Shown piece after piece: positions 40,905 to 50,558 of a stretch of 64,000 bases of DNA. The notes under the pieces were generated by a model. It made no database searches. It was not told where the DNA came from and saw nothing but the letters and a program-made list of their open reading frames with translations. This DNA comes from Terriglobia bacterium (GTDB taxonomy: Bacteria > Acidobacteriota > Terriglobia > JAJPHL01 > JAPKYU01). The position numbers were made by a program, and so were the translations under genes. The DNA is taken from contig CBDBKE010000003.1 of NCBI GenBank assembly GCA_965206645.1, forward strand, positions 640,001 to 704,000, in the 5' to 3' direction. Every line of letters begins with the position of its first letter. Position 1 is the first letter of the stretch.

Positions 40905-41273
40905 GTGGGCAGCCGCCCCCTACGCCGCGTCAAGAGCTATTCCGGGGAGACCGGAGTTGTCTACCAGTACGTGTTTGTCAGCCAGCGGCGGGCAAAGCGC
41001 GGGTGGTGGCGCTCCGGCACCGAGTACGTGTTCGACGTCTCCGTGAACCGCAAGACCAACTTTCCGGTTCCGGTGTTCATCTATGACGACGCGGTGCGAT
41101 CCTGGGACAAGGTACACCGGCGCCCGCTGTCTCCCACCGAGCAATACGCCGCCGCCAAGATGCGGCTGTTCCGCGCCTTCGATCAGAGCGAGCAGCTTCA
41201 GCAGGAAGCCGCCAGCATCGTAGTGGATGCCGCCACCATCGAGGAGCTGCTGTCGGCGCTCGACATCAGCTAG
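40905..41273 (+). CDS. Conserved hypothetical protein (acidobacterial type)
   Basis: RRVKSYSGETGVVYQY...TEQYAAAKMRLFRAFD. Confidence 0.7.
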   Translation: MGSRPLRRVKSYSGETGVVYQYVFVSQRRAKRGWWRSGTEYVFDVSVNRKTNFPVPVFIYDDAVRSWDKVHRRPLSPTEQYAAAKMRLFRAFDQSEQLQQEAASIVVDAATIEELLSALDIS

Positions 41274-41472
41274 CGTGCCGGTGAAATAGCTGGCACAGGT
41301 AGGAACGGCTGCACAGCCGCTCAGAAACCCAACAGTGCGATACAGACATTCTGTTGTGCGTCTCGCTGGAATCGTTCAAAGGAAGACGTTTCAGCGGCCT
41401 GCAGTGGTTTCTGCGGAAGGTCGACTCCTCGCTACGCAGTCTGCCGGGCGTGGGCGTGCGACGCGGAGACCA

Positions 41473-41506
41473 AAAAAGTAAATGGGCCTCGCTGTTGGCG
41501 AGGCCC
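41473..41506 (-). terminator. Intrinsic terminator of the Lys-rich small ORF
   Basis: GGGCCTCGC-CAACA-GCGAGGCCC followed by ATTTACTTTTT. Confidence 0.75.
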
Positions 41507-41531
41507 GGTCGAATCTTGACGAAGTTGAAAG

Positions 41532-41597
41532 CTACTTCTTTTTCTTTTTGCCTTTTGCTTTCTTCTTCGCCGCTTTCTTCTTAGCTGCGCATTTCAT
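41532..41597 (-). CDS. 21-aa lysine-rich peptide MKCAAKKKAAKKKAKGKKKKK, not in the ORF track
   Basis: SD AAGGGAG, upstream promoter and downstream terminator. Confidence 0.7.
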   Translation of the reverse strand: MKCAAKKKAAKKKAKGKKKKK

Positions 41598-41649
41598 CAG
41601 CTTTTCTCCCTTCTCATCACAATGCATTCTGCATCGTGATGATGTTCCA

Positions 41650-41678
41650 TGTATAGAGGTTGACTACGTTGATGTCAA
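41650..41678 (-). promoter_or_regulatory. Sigma70 promoter of the Lys-rich peptide
   Basis: TTGACA-17 bp-TATACA. Confidence 0.65.
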
Positions 41679-41912
41679 GAGAAAAGTGAATCGAGGAATA
41701 CAACCATCCAATCGGAAACCTTCGCCGATGAACGACGATTGAAACTAGGGGTTCGCTACTTGCGTCCAGTTTAAGTGGGAATCGAGCGAGAAGAGTGACC
41801 GCGCGCTGCGCTGCATTGTCGGAGAAACAGTCTGCTGCTTTGACAGGCCAGTAGCTGCGAAACGATCGGATTTCCCAAAGTGCCTCGGGTGGCCTACAAT
41901 GAAACCCCTACA

Positions 41913-42968
41913 ATGAAACCAATGAGTCTTGCTGGGCGAGTCGCGTGTGTTCTGAGTTGCCTCTGCTGCCTGCCCGGCTGGCTGTTCGCTCCTACGCCGG
42001 AACGCCCGGTAGAGCGCAATCCGGGTCGTGTTGCGGTGGACGCGGCGGCGCGTGAGCCGACGCTGCCCACAATCCGCGTGGACGTGGACGTGGTCAACGT
42101 CTTGTGCACGGTAAAAGACCGCAAGGGGAAACTCGTCAACACTCTCGCCAAAGAGGACTTCAAGATTTTCGAAGACGGGCAGCGACAGCAGATCCGCTAC
42201 TTCTCGCGCGAGACCAACCTGCCGCTGACCGTGGGGTTGCTGGTGGACACCAGCGTCAGCCAGTGGCGACTGGTTCCTGCCGAACAGGAAGCGGGGGAGG
42301 TCTTCTTTCGCCGCGTGATCGGATCGAAGGAACTAGCGTTCCTGATTAGCTTCGACACGCACGTGGACCTGCTGCAGGATCTGACGGGCAGCCATGTTTT
42401 GCTGCGCCGGGCGCTTGAGCGGTTACGGGTGAACTCTCCCACACCGGCGCCGGTGCCCACCTCCGGGGGGCCCTTTCCCAATCTGCGCGCGGGAGGCACT
42501 CACCTTTACGACGCGGTCTTTCTGGCCGCCCGCGAAAAGCTGGCTCGCGAGGTGGGACGCAAGGCCATTGTGGTCATCAGTGATGGAGAGGACCAGGGCA
42601 GCAAGGTAAAGCGGAGGGAAGCGATCGAGGCCGCGCAGAAGGCCGACGTCGTTCTCTACGGAATCCTGTTCCTCGACCCCCGCTTCTACAGCCGCTACAG
42701 TCGTGGAGGCTACTCGGGCGACCGCGCTCTGAGGAAGATGTCGGAGCAGACCGGCGGGCGCATGATTCGGGTGGAACGCAGCAGAAACCTGCCGGAGGCG
42801 TTTGAGGAAATCTCCCGGGAGCTTCGCAGTCAGTACAGCCTGGGCTACACCTCATCCAATTCGCGTCGCGACGGGAAATTCCGGAAGCTCCGCATCAAGA
42901 CCCGCAGCAAAGATCTCCGCGTCCAGGCCCGCAAGGGCTACTACGCCACCGGCGAGGAGAGTCCCTGA
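41913..42968 (+). CDS. VWA domain protein (acidobacterial type)
   Basis: IRVDVDVVNV, LLVDTSVS, THLYDAV, ISDGED, ELRSQYSLGY, QARKGYYA. Confidence 0.88.
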   Translation: MKPMSLAGRVACVLSCLCCLPGWLFAPTPERPVERNPGRVAVDAAAREPTLPTIRVDVDVVNVLCTVKDRKGKLVNTLAKEDFKIFEDGQRQQIRYFSRETNLPLTVGLLVDTSVSQWRLVPAEQEAGEVFFRRVIGSKELAFLISFDTHVDLLQDLTGSHVLLRRALERLRVNSPTPAPVPTSGGPFPNLRAGGTHLYDAVFLAAREKLAREVGRKAIVVISDGEDQGSKVKRREAIEAAQKADVVLYGILFLDPRFYSRYSRGGYSGDRALRKMSEQTGGRMIRVERSRNLPEAFEEISRELRSQYSLGYTSSNSRRDGKFRKLRIKTRSKDLRVQARKGYYATGEESP

Positions 42969-43033
42969 ACAGAGAACAGGTAAGAACGCAAACCGACCCT
43001 TCTTCCATATCTCCCTGTCGTCCTGATTCCTGA

Positions 43034-44257
43034 TCAGGCGGCACTCTTCAGTCTTGATTCGCTTCGTTCCACAGCCAGCGCAACTGCGTTACCCCCACCC
43101 AGGCAGAGCGCAGCCACGCCCCGGCGAGCGTTGCGGGCGATCATCTCGTGCAGCAGCGTCACCAGGATTCGTGCGCCGCTGGCCCCAATGGGATGACCTA
43201 AGGCCACGGCGCCGCCATTGACGTTGACCCTGGCGGGGCCCAGTCGCAGTTCGCGGATCACCGCCAGCGCCTGCACCGCAAAGGCTTCGTTCAATTCGTA
43301 GAGGTCCACGCCGTCACGGTCCCAACCGACCTTGGCCAGCAATTGATTCACCGCTTCCACCGGAGCCATCATCACCATGCGGGGAGCGATGCCGCTGGTG
43401 GACTGGCCCACCACGCGGGCCAGAGGGGCGCGTCCCAGTCGGCTCGCCACCGATTCGGAGGCCACGACCACAGCGGCCGCCCCGTCGTTCATTCCCGGAG
43501 CATTGCCGGCGGTCACCGTGCCGTCCTTCTGGAAAACTGGCTTCAGCCGGGCCAGCGCCTCGAGCGAGCTGTCCTCGCGCGGCGATTCGTCCTTCTCGAT
43601 GCGAACCGTTCGGCTCTTACTCTGCGGCACCTCCACCGGGACCATCTGCGACTCAAAGCGGCAGGCCCGCGTGGCGGCCACCGCCTTGCGGTGACTCTGA
43701 ACCGCAAACTCATCCTGTTCTTCGCGACAGATGCCATACTTCGTCGCCACCACTTCAGCCGTGATGCCCATGTGGCAATCTTCGTAGACATCCCAAAGGC
43801 CATCTAGGATCATTGAATCCACTAGTTTGCCGTGTCCCAGGCGCAGCCCGGAACGTGCCTTGGGAATCAGGTAGGGCGCGTTGGACATCGACTCCATGCC
43901 ACCAGCCACCACCACCTCCGCGTTGCCGGTTTGAATCGCCTGAACCGCCAGGCCGACGGCCTTCAGGCCAGAACCACAAACCTTGTTGATAGTCATGGCA
44001 GAAACTCGGTGGGCGAGACCGCCGCGGAGCGCCGCTTGCCGTGCCGGGTTTTGCCCCAATCCGGCGCTTAACGCGTTTCCCAGAATGACCTCGTCCACCT
44101 GCTCTGGCTCGATGCCTGCCCGGTGGACCGCCTCACGCACGACGGTTGCTCCCAGCAGCGTCGCGGGCATCGGAGCCAGGCCTCCCTGAAATTTGCCCAC
44201 CGGCGTGCGGACCGCGCTTAGAAGGACGGCTTGCTCCACGGAAGATTCTCTCTTCAA
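43034..44257 (-). CDS. Acetyl-CoA C-acetyltransferase (thiolase)
   Basis: [26 protein letters not shown]. Confidence 0.95.
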   Translation of the reverse strand: MKRESSVEQAVLLSAVRTPVGKFQGGLAPMPATLLGATVVREAVHRAGIEPEQVDEVILGNALSAGLGQNPARQAALRGGLAHRVSAMTINKVCGSGLKAVGLAVQAIQTGNAEVVVAGGMESMSNAPYLIPKARSGLRLGHGKLVDSMILDGLWDVYEDCHMGITAEVVATKYGICREEQDEFAVQSHRKAVAATRACRFESQMVPVEVPQSKSRTVRIEKDESPREDSSLEALARLKPVFQKDGTVTAGNAPGMNDGAAAVVVASESVASRLGRAPLARVVGQSTSGIAPRMVMMAPVEAVNQLLAKVGWDRDGVDLYELNEAFAVQALAVIRELRLGPARVNVNGGAVALGHPIGASGARILVTLLHEMIARNARRGVAALCLGGGNAVALAVERSESRLKSAA

Positions 44258-44360
44258 TCATTTTATCACCGTTCCGGAATCGCCCTGGCCCCTAGTACTA
44301 GTAGTCCCGGGTTCTGCGATGAGAAGTTCGTACTGCGTCAAAAATGTGCCTTCCGGTCTA

Positions 44361-44389
44361 TTGAAGGTCCGGCACCGGCTCCCTACAAT
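44361..44389 (+). promoter_or_regulatory. Sigma70 promoter of the PilZ gene
   Basis: TTGAAG-17 bp-TACAAT. Confidence 0.65.
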
Positions 44390-44398
44390 GCCTCCATT

Positions 44399-44470
44399 CT
44401 TGATCGAGGTGCAGGCCTTGATCGAGGTGCAGGCCTTGATCGAGGTACAGGTCTTGTTCGAGGTGCACGC
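44399..44470 (+). repeat. 4 x 18-bp tandem repeat (CTTGATCGAGGTGCAGGC) filling the PilZ 5' UTR
   Basis: Two exact and two degenerate units, each containing GAGGT. Confidence 0.9.
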
Positions 44471-44472
44471 GC

Positions 44473-44859
44473 ATGATAAGGAAAGAAAAACGCAGCGCTC
44501 GCCGTTTTGAGTTGGCCTTGCCGGTGATTCTCATGGCGGAGGATCCGGAGGAGTCGCCCCGGACGGTCCATACCAGAGACATCAGCTCCGCGGGCGTTTT
44601 GCTGCACTACGACGAGGAAGTACATCCGGGGATGGCGATGGAACTAGTGGTGACCTTGCCGGAATTCGTCACCCAAGCCACCCCTGTGCGGTTGCGCTGC
44701 ATAGGCCGTGTGGTGCGGGTGGACCGCGGTCGTCGGAACCGGATGGGCGTCGCCGTGAAGATCGAACGGCACGAATTCATGCGCCTTCGAGACAAGTCCG
44801 ACCAGGGGGTTCTCCAGGACTCAAACGTTCGAACCACCCGTGCCGCCAGCTCTGCCTAA
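44473..44859 (+). CDS. PilZ domain c-di-GMP receptor
   Basis: RxxxR (RSARR) and DISSAG motifs. Confidence 0.88.
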   Translation: MIRKEKRSARRFELALPVILMAEDPEESPRTVHTRDISSAGVLLHYDEEVHPGMAMELVVTLPEFVTQATPVRLRCIGRVVRVDRGRRNRMGVAVKIERHEFMRLRDKSDQGVLQDSNVRTTRAASSA

Positions 44860-45017
44860 CAGGGCCGGGCTGGTCAAAGAAAAACAAAAGCTTCCTTCGG
44901 CGAGCAAACAACCCGGATTTCCTTTTTGAAAACGCAGCGGCAACCTTCAGCTAACCTCCAACGTCAATATTGATACTGGTTGCAGCATCAATCGGAGCGT
45001 TTGGAGGCGTAAACCCA

Positions 45018-46346
45018 ATGGGTGAGAGCGAAAAACAGGGATTTCAGCTGTCGTTCAACCGATTTCTGCGAGTCGGGTTTCAGGGATCACGGGTGACTTC
45101 CAATGGTGGACTGATTCTGGTCCGGGAGTTGGATGAGCGTCTGGGATTCAGCGAACTCATTGACGAGCACCTGACCGATTCGCGGGCAAACAATGCTCGG
45201 TTTTCTTTCGCGGACTTGCTGCGGCAGTCGGTCTACAGTCGCCTAGCTGGATACGAGGATGTCAATGATGCCGAGCGGCTGTCGCAAGACCCGACCTTTC
45301 GGCCGATTGGTTCAGAGAAGACTTGGGAACGAGGCGCGGCGCTGACCTCCAGGTTGCAAACTTTCGAGACGGAGATGCTGGCGAAGGTGGAGAACTTCGT
45401 CGGGTTAGCCCGGATCAACCGGGAACTGATCGGAAAGGTCGAAGCCTTCCAGTGGCACTACCGAGCGGTGCTGGATATGGACTCAACCGAGATTCCGGTC
45501 TACGGGGAGCAGGAACAGAGCGCCTACAACGGACACTTCGAGTCCACTTGCTATCACCCGCTGCTTTTGTTCAATCGAGACGGCGACTGTCTGGCGGCCC
45601 AGCTCCGTCCGGGCAACGTGCACAGTGCCGAGGGTTGGGAGAAACTCCTGTTGCCCGAGATTGAGCGCCAGCAAAGAATGGGAAAAGAGATTGCGTTTCG
45701 GGCGGACGCGGCCTTTGCCAAGCCGGAGGTGTACGAGGCATTGGAGGAACGGGGTGTGAAGTACGCAATTCGCATCCCGGCCAACGATATTCTGCAGCGA
45801 GACATCGAAGAGCTACTGAAACGCCCCGTGGGAAGGCCCACCAAGAAACCGCTGGTCGAGCACAAGGGGTTCTTGTACCAGGCAGCCGGTTGGAAGACGG
45901 CTCGAAGAGTGGTGGCGAAAGTAGAGCATCATTCCGGGGAGTTGTTCCCGCGAGTGGGGTTCATTGTAACGAATCTGACGCTGCCGAATCGGGCGGTGGT
46001 GCGGTTCTATAACAAGCGCGGCACCGCAGAACAGTGGATCAAGGAAGGCAAGCAGGCGGTGAAGATGACGCGGCTCAGTTGCCACAAGTTCCGATCTAAC
46101 GAGGTACGGCTTTGGCTGACGATCATCGCCTACAACCTGGGCAACCTGTGGCGACGGCTAGTGCTGCCACAGAGAATCGAGAAATGGTCCTTGACGAGCC
46201 TCCAGCAGCGGCTGGTGAAAACCGGAGGACGGCTCCTAAAACACTCACGGTACTACTGGCTCCTGCTGGCCGAGGGCCATTTGACCCGACGGCTGTTTGC
46301 CAGCATGCTGGGGCGGATCGATGGATTGGCACTCCCGTCGGGATAG
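45018..46346 (+). CDS. IS1380 family transposase
   Basis: GYEDVNDAERL, LDMDST, FRADAAF, YNKRGTAEQWIKEGK. Confidence 0.95.
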   Translation: MGESEKQGFQLSFNRFLRVGFQGSRVTSNGGLILVRELDERLGFSELIDEHLTDSRANNARFSFADLLRQSVYSRLAGYEDVNDAERLSQDPTFRPIGSEKTWERGAALTSRLQTFETEMLAKVENFVGLARINRELIGKVEAFQWHYRAVLDMDSTEIPVYGEQEQSAYNGHFESTCYHPLLLFNRDGDCLAAQLRPGNVHSAEGWEKLLLPEIERQQRMGKEIAFRADAAFAKPEVYEALEERGVKYAIRIPANDILQRDIEELLKRPVGRPTKKPLVEHKGFLYQAAGWKTARRVVAKVEHHSGELFPRVGFIVTNLTLPNRAVVRFYNKRGTAEQWIKEGKQAVKMTRLSCHKFRSNEVRLWLTIIAYNLGNLWRRLVLPQRIEKWSLTSLQQRLVKTGGRLLKHSRYYWLLLAEGHLTRRLFASMLGRIDGLALPSG

Positions 46347-46414
46347 CCTGGGCTACGGCACACAAGAAAACGATGCCGCTATCCCCCAGGTATGGAGAGT
46401 TGTCTGAAAAAGCT

Positions 46415-47643
46415 TGCCAGCTCAACCGGTCGATGCAACACAAGCGTTAAATCGTTCTGCCGGAGTTTCAAACTCCAGCGTCTGACGGGGCCGTTCGTTC
46501 AGCTGACGTGCCACCTTGTTCAGATGCGCCTGAGAGTGCACCGACAAGTCCGTTCCCTTGGGGAAGTACTGTCGGAGTAGACCGTTGGTGTTCTCATTCG
46601 AACCGCGCTGCCATGGACTCTGAGGATCACAGAAGTATACGTCAATGTCGGTCGCCAACGTGAACCGTCGATGCTCGGCGAGCTCCAGGCCTCGATCCCA
46701 AGTCAGAGATTTGTACAGTTCCGTCGGCAGCTTCTTCGCGTGCTTGATGAGCGCCGACACGACCGTCTCCGTTTTCTTGCTGGATACTTTCGTAAGCATC
46801 ACGTAGCGCGTATGACGTTCGACCAGAGTCGCAATGTGGCTGTTCTTCGATCCGGACAGCAGATCGCCTTCCCAATGACCGGGCACGGCACGATCTTCGA
46901 CCGAGGCCGGGCGCTCACGGATCGATACGATGTCGGTGATCTGTCCTCGTCCATGGCCTCTCAGACTTGCATGTCGGGATCGACGAATCGTCCGCTTTGA
47001 CCGCAGATGCTGCATCAGCTCTGCCTTCAGCGCACCGCGGGCTTGAACAAACAGGCTGCGGTAGATGGTCTCGTGAGACACGTGATAGGACGGATCCTTC
47101 GGATAGGCTCGTTTCAGCCAGCTGGCGATCTGCTCAGGCGACCAGTTTATGCTGAGCTTTCTGGCCACTACCCGTCGTAGTTGTGGATGCTTGACCAGCT
47201 GACACCGCTTCGGCCGGCGGGCCCTCTCCCCGGCTTGCTCATCGGCCTCCGCTGCTCGATAGTCATTATCGCCGCCATTCCGCCGAATCTCCCGGCTCAC
47301 CGTCGATGGTGAGCGACCCAGCAACCCGGCGATGGATCGTATCGATTGATGTGCCGCAATGCCTCGAGAGATCTCTTCGCGCTCCGACAACGTCAGTGCC
47401 CAACATGAACGGCGTGGTGGCCGAGGACGGATGCCTCCGTACGGAGCAAGCTGATGGTAAACAGACGATGGCTGCTTACAAAACACTCGTCCAATCGACT
47501 TGAGCGACTCCCCTCGTTTCCACCGATCCCACACCTCCTCCAGTTCCGCCAGCGTGTAACCGCGACGAGCTCTTTGCTTCATCCGCATACACTCCACCTC
47601 CTCCTTTCAAGGCAAAGTGTTGCGTCGATGGGTTGAGACCACC
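46415..47643 (-). mobile_element. IS30 family element, copy 2 (1229 bp; transposase 46422-47582)
   Basis: Same protein as copy 1, same IRs, 2-bp TSD CT. Confidence 0.93.
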
Positions 47644-47957
47644 CTGGGTTTGGATGCTGATTGGACGGTTTTAGGGGACCCCGAAAGGGACGCTCGGAGC
47701 CGATGGTCCTCTCGGAGAAAACATTGTACTCGCTGGGACGCAGATGCGTGTATATTTTCAATCGCCGGAAGGCCGAAAAGGAAATTCCGGATAAAGCCTA
47801 TCGTAGGCTATCGTCCGATAAGTTCTCACGGACACCGGCGGCATATCTGGATCTTAATCGACCCCGAGATCGATACCCTCTCGATCCGGAACGGGTTGGA
47901 GGTGCGCTTCAACTATTGGAGTGCCTAATCCCTGGGTAGCGAACGCGAAACTGTCTA

Positions 47958-48587
47958 ATGCCTCATAAACAGGTCAACGCGACGGCCAAACCATCAAGCG
48001 ATTTGGTTTCCTCCGTGCCTACGCGCTGTCCCTGGCCCAAAGACAACCAGCTGATGATTCAGTACCACGATCAGGAGTGGGGCTCACCCCTGCACGACGA
48101 CCAAAGGCTGTTCGAGTACATCGTGCTCGACGGCATGCAGGCAGGCCTGAGCTGGCAGACGATCATCAACAAGCGCGAGAACTTCCGCCGGGCTTTCCAC
48201 GATTTCGACCCCCGGCGTGTCGCCAGGTATACCGCCAGAGATCACGCGCGCCTCCTTGCCGATGCTGGCATCATCCGCAACCGTGCGAAGGTGGCCGCTG
48301 CAATCGTCAACGCCCAGCACTTCCTCAAGGTACAGGAAGAGCACAGGACCTTCGACCGTTACATCTGGCAATTCACACGCGGCAAGACAATCAACCACCG
48401 GCTCAGGAGCATGGCCGACTGTCCGACAGTCTCGGCCGAGGCCGTGGCCATGAGCAAAGACCTCGTCAGGCGCGGCTTCAAGTTCGTCGGGCCGACGATT
48501 TGCTACGCGTTCATGCAGGCGGCCGGCATGGTCAACGATCACATGGTCCGATGTTTCAGATATCGGGAGCTCGCGCAGTCGCGGTAG
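47958..48587 (+). CDS. tag: DNA-3-methyladenine glycosylase I
   Basis: RCPW, YHDQEWG, QAGLSW, GFKFVGPTICYAFMQAAGMVNDH. Confidence 0.95.
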   Translation: MPHKQVNATAKPSSDLVSSVPTRCPWPKDNQLMIQYHDQEWGSPLHDDQRLFEYIVLDGMQAGLSWQTIINKRENFRRAFHDFDPRRVARYTARDHARLLADAGIIRNRAKVAAAIVNAQHFLKVQEEHRTFDRYIWQFTRGKTINHRLRSMADCPTVSAEAVAMSKDLVRRGFKFVGPTICYAFMQAAGMVNDHMVRCFRYRELAQSR

Positions 48588-48608
48588 CTCGGGCCCTATC
48601 CAGGCGGC

Positions 48609-48740
48609 TCACTCCACGCCGAACGCCAGCAGCACGACCGTGCCCACCGCGATGAACCGCACGCCCACCGGCACCCGCCGCAGGTCGGACGCCGCGATGA
48701 AGGCTTCGTAGCCTTCACTCACGATGTAGCTCATGTTCAT
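48609..48740 (-). CDS. 43-aa small ORF with a hydrophobic C-terminus (possibly a remnant)
   Basis: SD AAGGAGA; MNMSYIVSEGYEAFIAASDLRRVPVGVRFIAVGTVVLLAFGVE. Confidence 0.4.
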   Translation of the reverse strand: MNMSYIVSEGYEAFIAASDLRRVPVGVRFIAVGTVVLLAFGVE

Positions 48741-48812
48741 TCTCCTTGTCGAAGGATCGGGGAGCGGCGGGGACCAAGACCGGCCCCGCCGCTCTCTGAT
48801 GCCTGCCGCACA

Positions 48813-49061
48813 CTAGGACTCCGCCTCCGGTTCTTCTTCCTGCTGAAGCTCGAAGATGCGCGAGTGGGCCTGATCGGCCATTTTGGCAAGCACCAACAGG
48901 TCGTTGCGACCGAAGCTCTGCGTCCTCTTCCATTCATCACCGTCCTTGTAGAGGCGGGAGAAGGTGACGTTGTGCCTCATGCGGCCTTCGGTTTCGTTAC
49001 TCCAAATCGCCGCCTTGACACGACCGATACGGACTTCAGTAACGGGTTTAGGGTTAGCCAT
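48813..49061 (-). CDS. Small mobile-element protein, possibly ssDNA-binding
   Basis: IGRVKAAIW..N...HNVTFSRLYKDGDEWK.T.SF, acidic tail, SD AGGAGG. Confidence 0.65.
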   Translation of the reverse strand: MANPKPVTEVRIGRVKAAIWSNETEGRMRHNVTFSRLYKDGDEWKRTQSFGRNDLLVLAKMADQAHSRIFELQQEEEPEAES

Positions 49062-49516
49062 GATGTGTTTCCTCCTGAACGTTTAAGGGTTTGTGAGCGT
49101 TTCTGCTCACCCCCGAATGGCGGAAACGGCCAAACCCTGACGCGGGAGGAACAGCGCCGCCGAAGCCAGCGACGGGCAGGGCCGACAAGGGCACGAGCGA
49201 GTGCCGGACACCCCCAGGTGAGGGAACCGTTCTGGCGCGAGCCGTGCGTCGGAACCAACCGGAATCGGTGAAGGCCAGCGGTAAATGGCGCAACCCAGAC
49301 CCGTTCTCCGGTCGGCGGCGGCAAGCCAGATTGGCGCATCGCCCGCGCCAACGTCACCGGGTCGCGTCCGCTATCGCTCGATGAATGGAGCACGGAGCGC
49401 CCGGTGCAACCGGCTCCTTGCCAAAGTGAACGGTGCTGCCGCGATTTCGTGGGGAGGACTGCCTGGTGACAAGGTGTGAATAAACTGTGTAAGGACTTGC
49501 GAGGACCGATTTACGA

Positions 49517-49540
49517 CCGTGACAAAACCGTGACAAAACC
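49517..49540 (+). repeat. Direct repeat CCGTGACAAAA x2, like integrase arm-type sites
   Basis: About 100 bp from the tRNA fragment; TAAGTTATTGA lies between them. Confidence 0.6.
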
Positions 49541-49640
49541 CCCGAATCTGAGTCGGTTGGGATTAGCTTTGAGCGAAAAGCAGAGTCCCTAAGTTATTGA
49601 ACAATATAGAAGCAGATAGACGCAATAGAGAGGAGTTCAG

Positions 49641-49682
49641 TGCTTGTAAGGCAGGCGCTCTGACCAACTGAGCTAACCGCCC
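49641..49682 (-). pseudogene. tRNA-Val(TAC) 5' fragment (42 nt), probable att scar
   Basis: GGGCGGTTAGCTCAGTTGGTCAGAGCGCCTGCCTTACAAGCA, then non-tRNA sequence with no T-arm. Confidence 0.85.
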
Positions 49683-50148
49683 GGGAGCATTCGGCGACTA
49701 CAAAGGCAAATCCTACCATAAGTTACGGACGCCCACCAGGAGCAGCTTGCCGCTCCCCGAGCGAGAACCCGCTGAGCTGGCCTTCACAGTAAGATTTCTC
49801 TTGCATTCGCCACTTCTGTGGGGTATAAGAGGAGTACCCACCAAGCGGGGGACGGGCTCATCTCGCCTAACTAGACTTGACCGCTGCCCGTCCCCTTTTT
49901 CTTTTTTGCCATTCCAGGTGTTGCGCGGCGACGAGAACTTTTCGCGGTGGCGATGCGGTACGCTGCCCTTCCAAAGTCTACAAACTAATTTGCCAATCCT
50001 GCGGTAGAAAGAGTGGGCTGGTTTGTTGTATTGTCAATCCCTTGTAACAGCAGTCGCAACCCGGAATCCCGAGGCATACTGGCGCCCTCCGTGTGGGCAT
50101 ATTCGCATCGGTAATGACCGACGGAAGGCATCGTGAGGGGAGCAAGCA

Positions 50149-50346
50149 ATGGTCAGTGGAGAACTGATTCGTCTAAAAACTCTGGTGGATGATTGCAGCC
50201 GCATGGCACGCATCATCCAGCGCGAATACCCGCGTCTGGACCCCAGCGAACAGGTCGAACTGGCCGAGTACATTCGGAAACACGCGCCTAGGTTAGACGA
50301 CGTGATTGGCCCTGCCCCGGCTTCGAACCAAACACCGCAAAGCTGA
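50149..50346 (+). CDS. 65-aa hypothetical protein
   Basis: SD GGGGAG; helical ORF. Confidence 0.5.
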   Translation: MVSGELIRLKTLVDDCSRMARIIQREYPRLDPSEQVELAEYIRKHAPRLDDVIGPAPASNQTPQS

Positions 50347-50558
50347 GAGGTCACCACGGATGGCAGTTTCACTCACGAAGCCAGCTAGCCACGAAGCCAA
50401 CTAGAGGGATACACCGCGCCGCGCTCCCGGCCACAGCAGGCAGAATCCGGTGAGCGGCAACCCCAGCCTTGAGACAGCCTCGCTCATGTCCACCCGCAGC
50501 CGAATTTCATCGGGCGAGTAGGCCAGCCAGACTGTTGCTGGGATGTTTTCTCAAACTT

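Larger units (their letters stand above)
44912..47790 (+). mobile_element. IS1380 family element (1648 bp net) carrying a nested IS30 in its 3' region
   Basis: IRL CCCGGATTTCCTTTT, IRR (reverse complement) CCGGAATTTCCTTTT; flanks AACAA and ATAAA do not match. Confidence 0.88.

Noticed and set aside
44399-44470. Possible CRISPR array
   Set aside because: Units are directly adjacent with no spacers, only 18 bp long, and there are no cas genes.
17367-47643. Inversion or composite transposon between the two inverted IS30 copies
   Set aside because: Each copy keeps its own TSD (CC and CT) and matching host flanks, so they are independent insertions.
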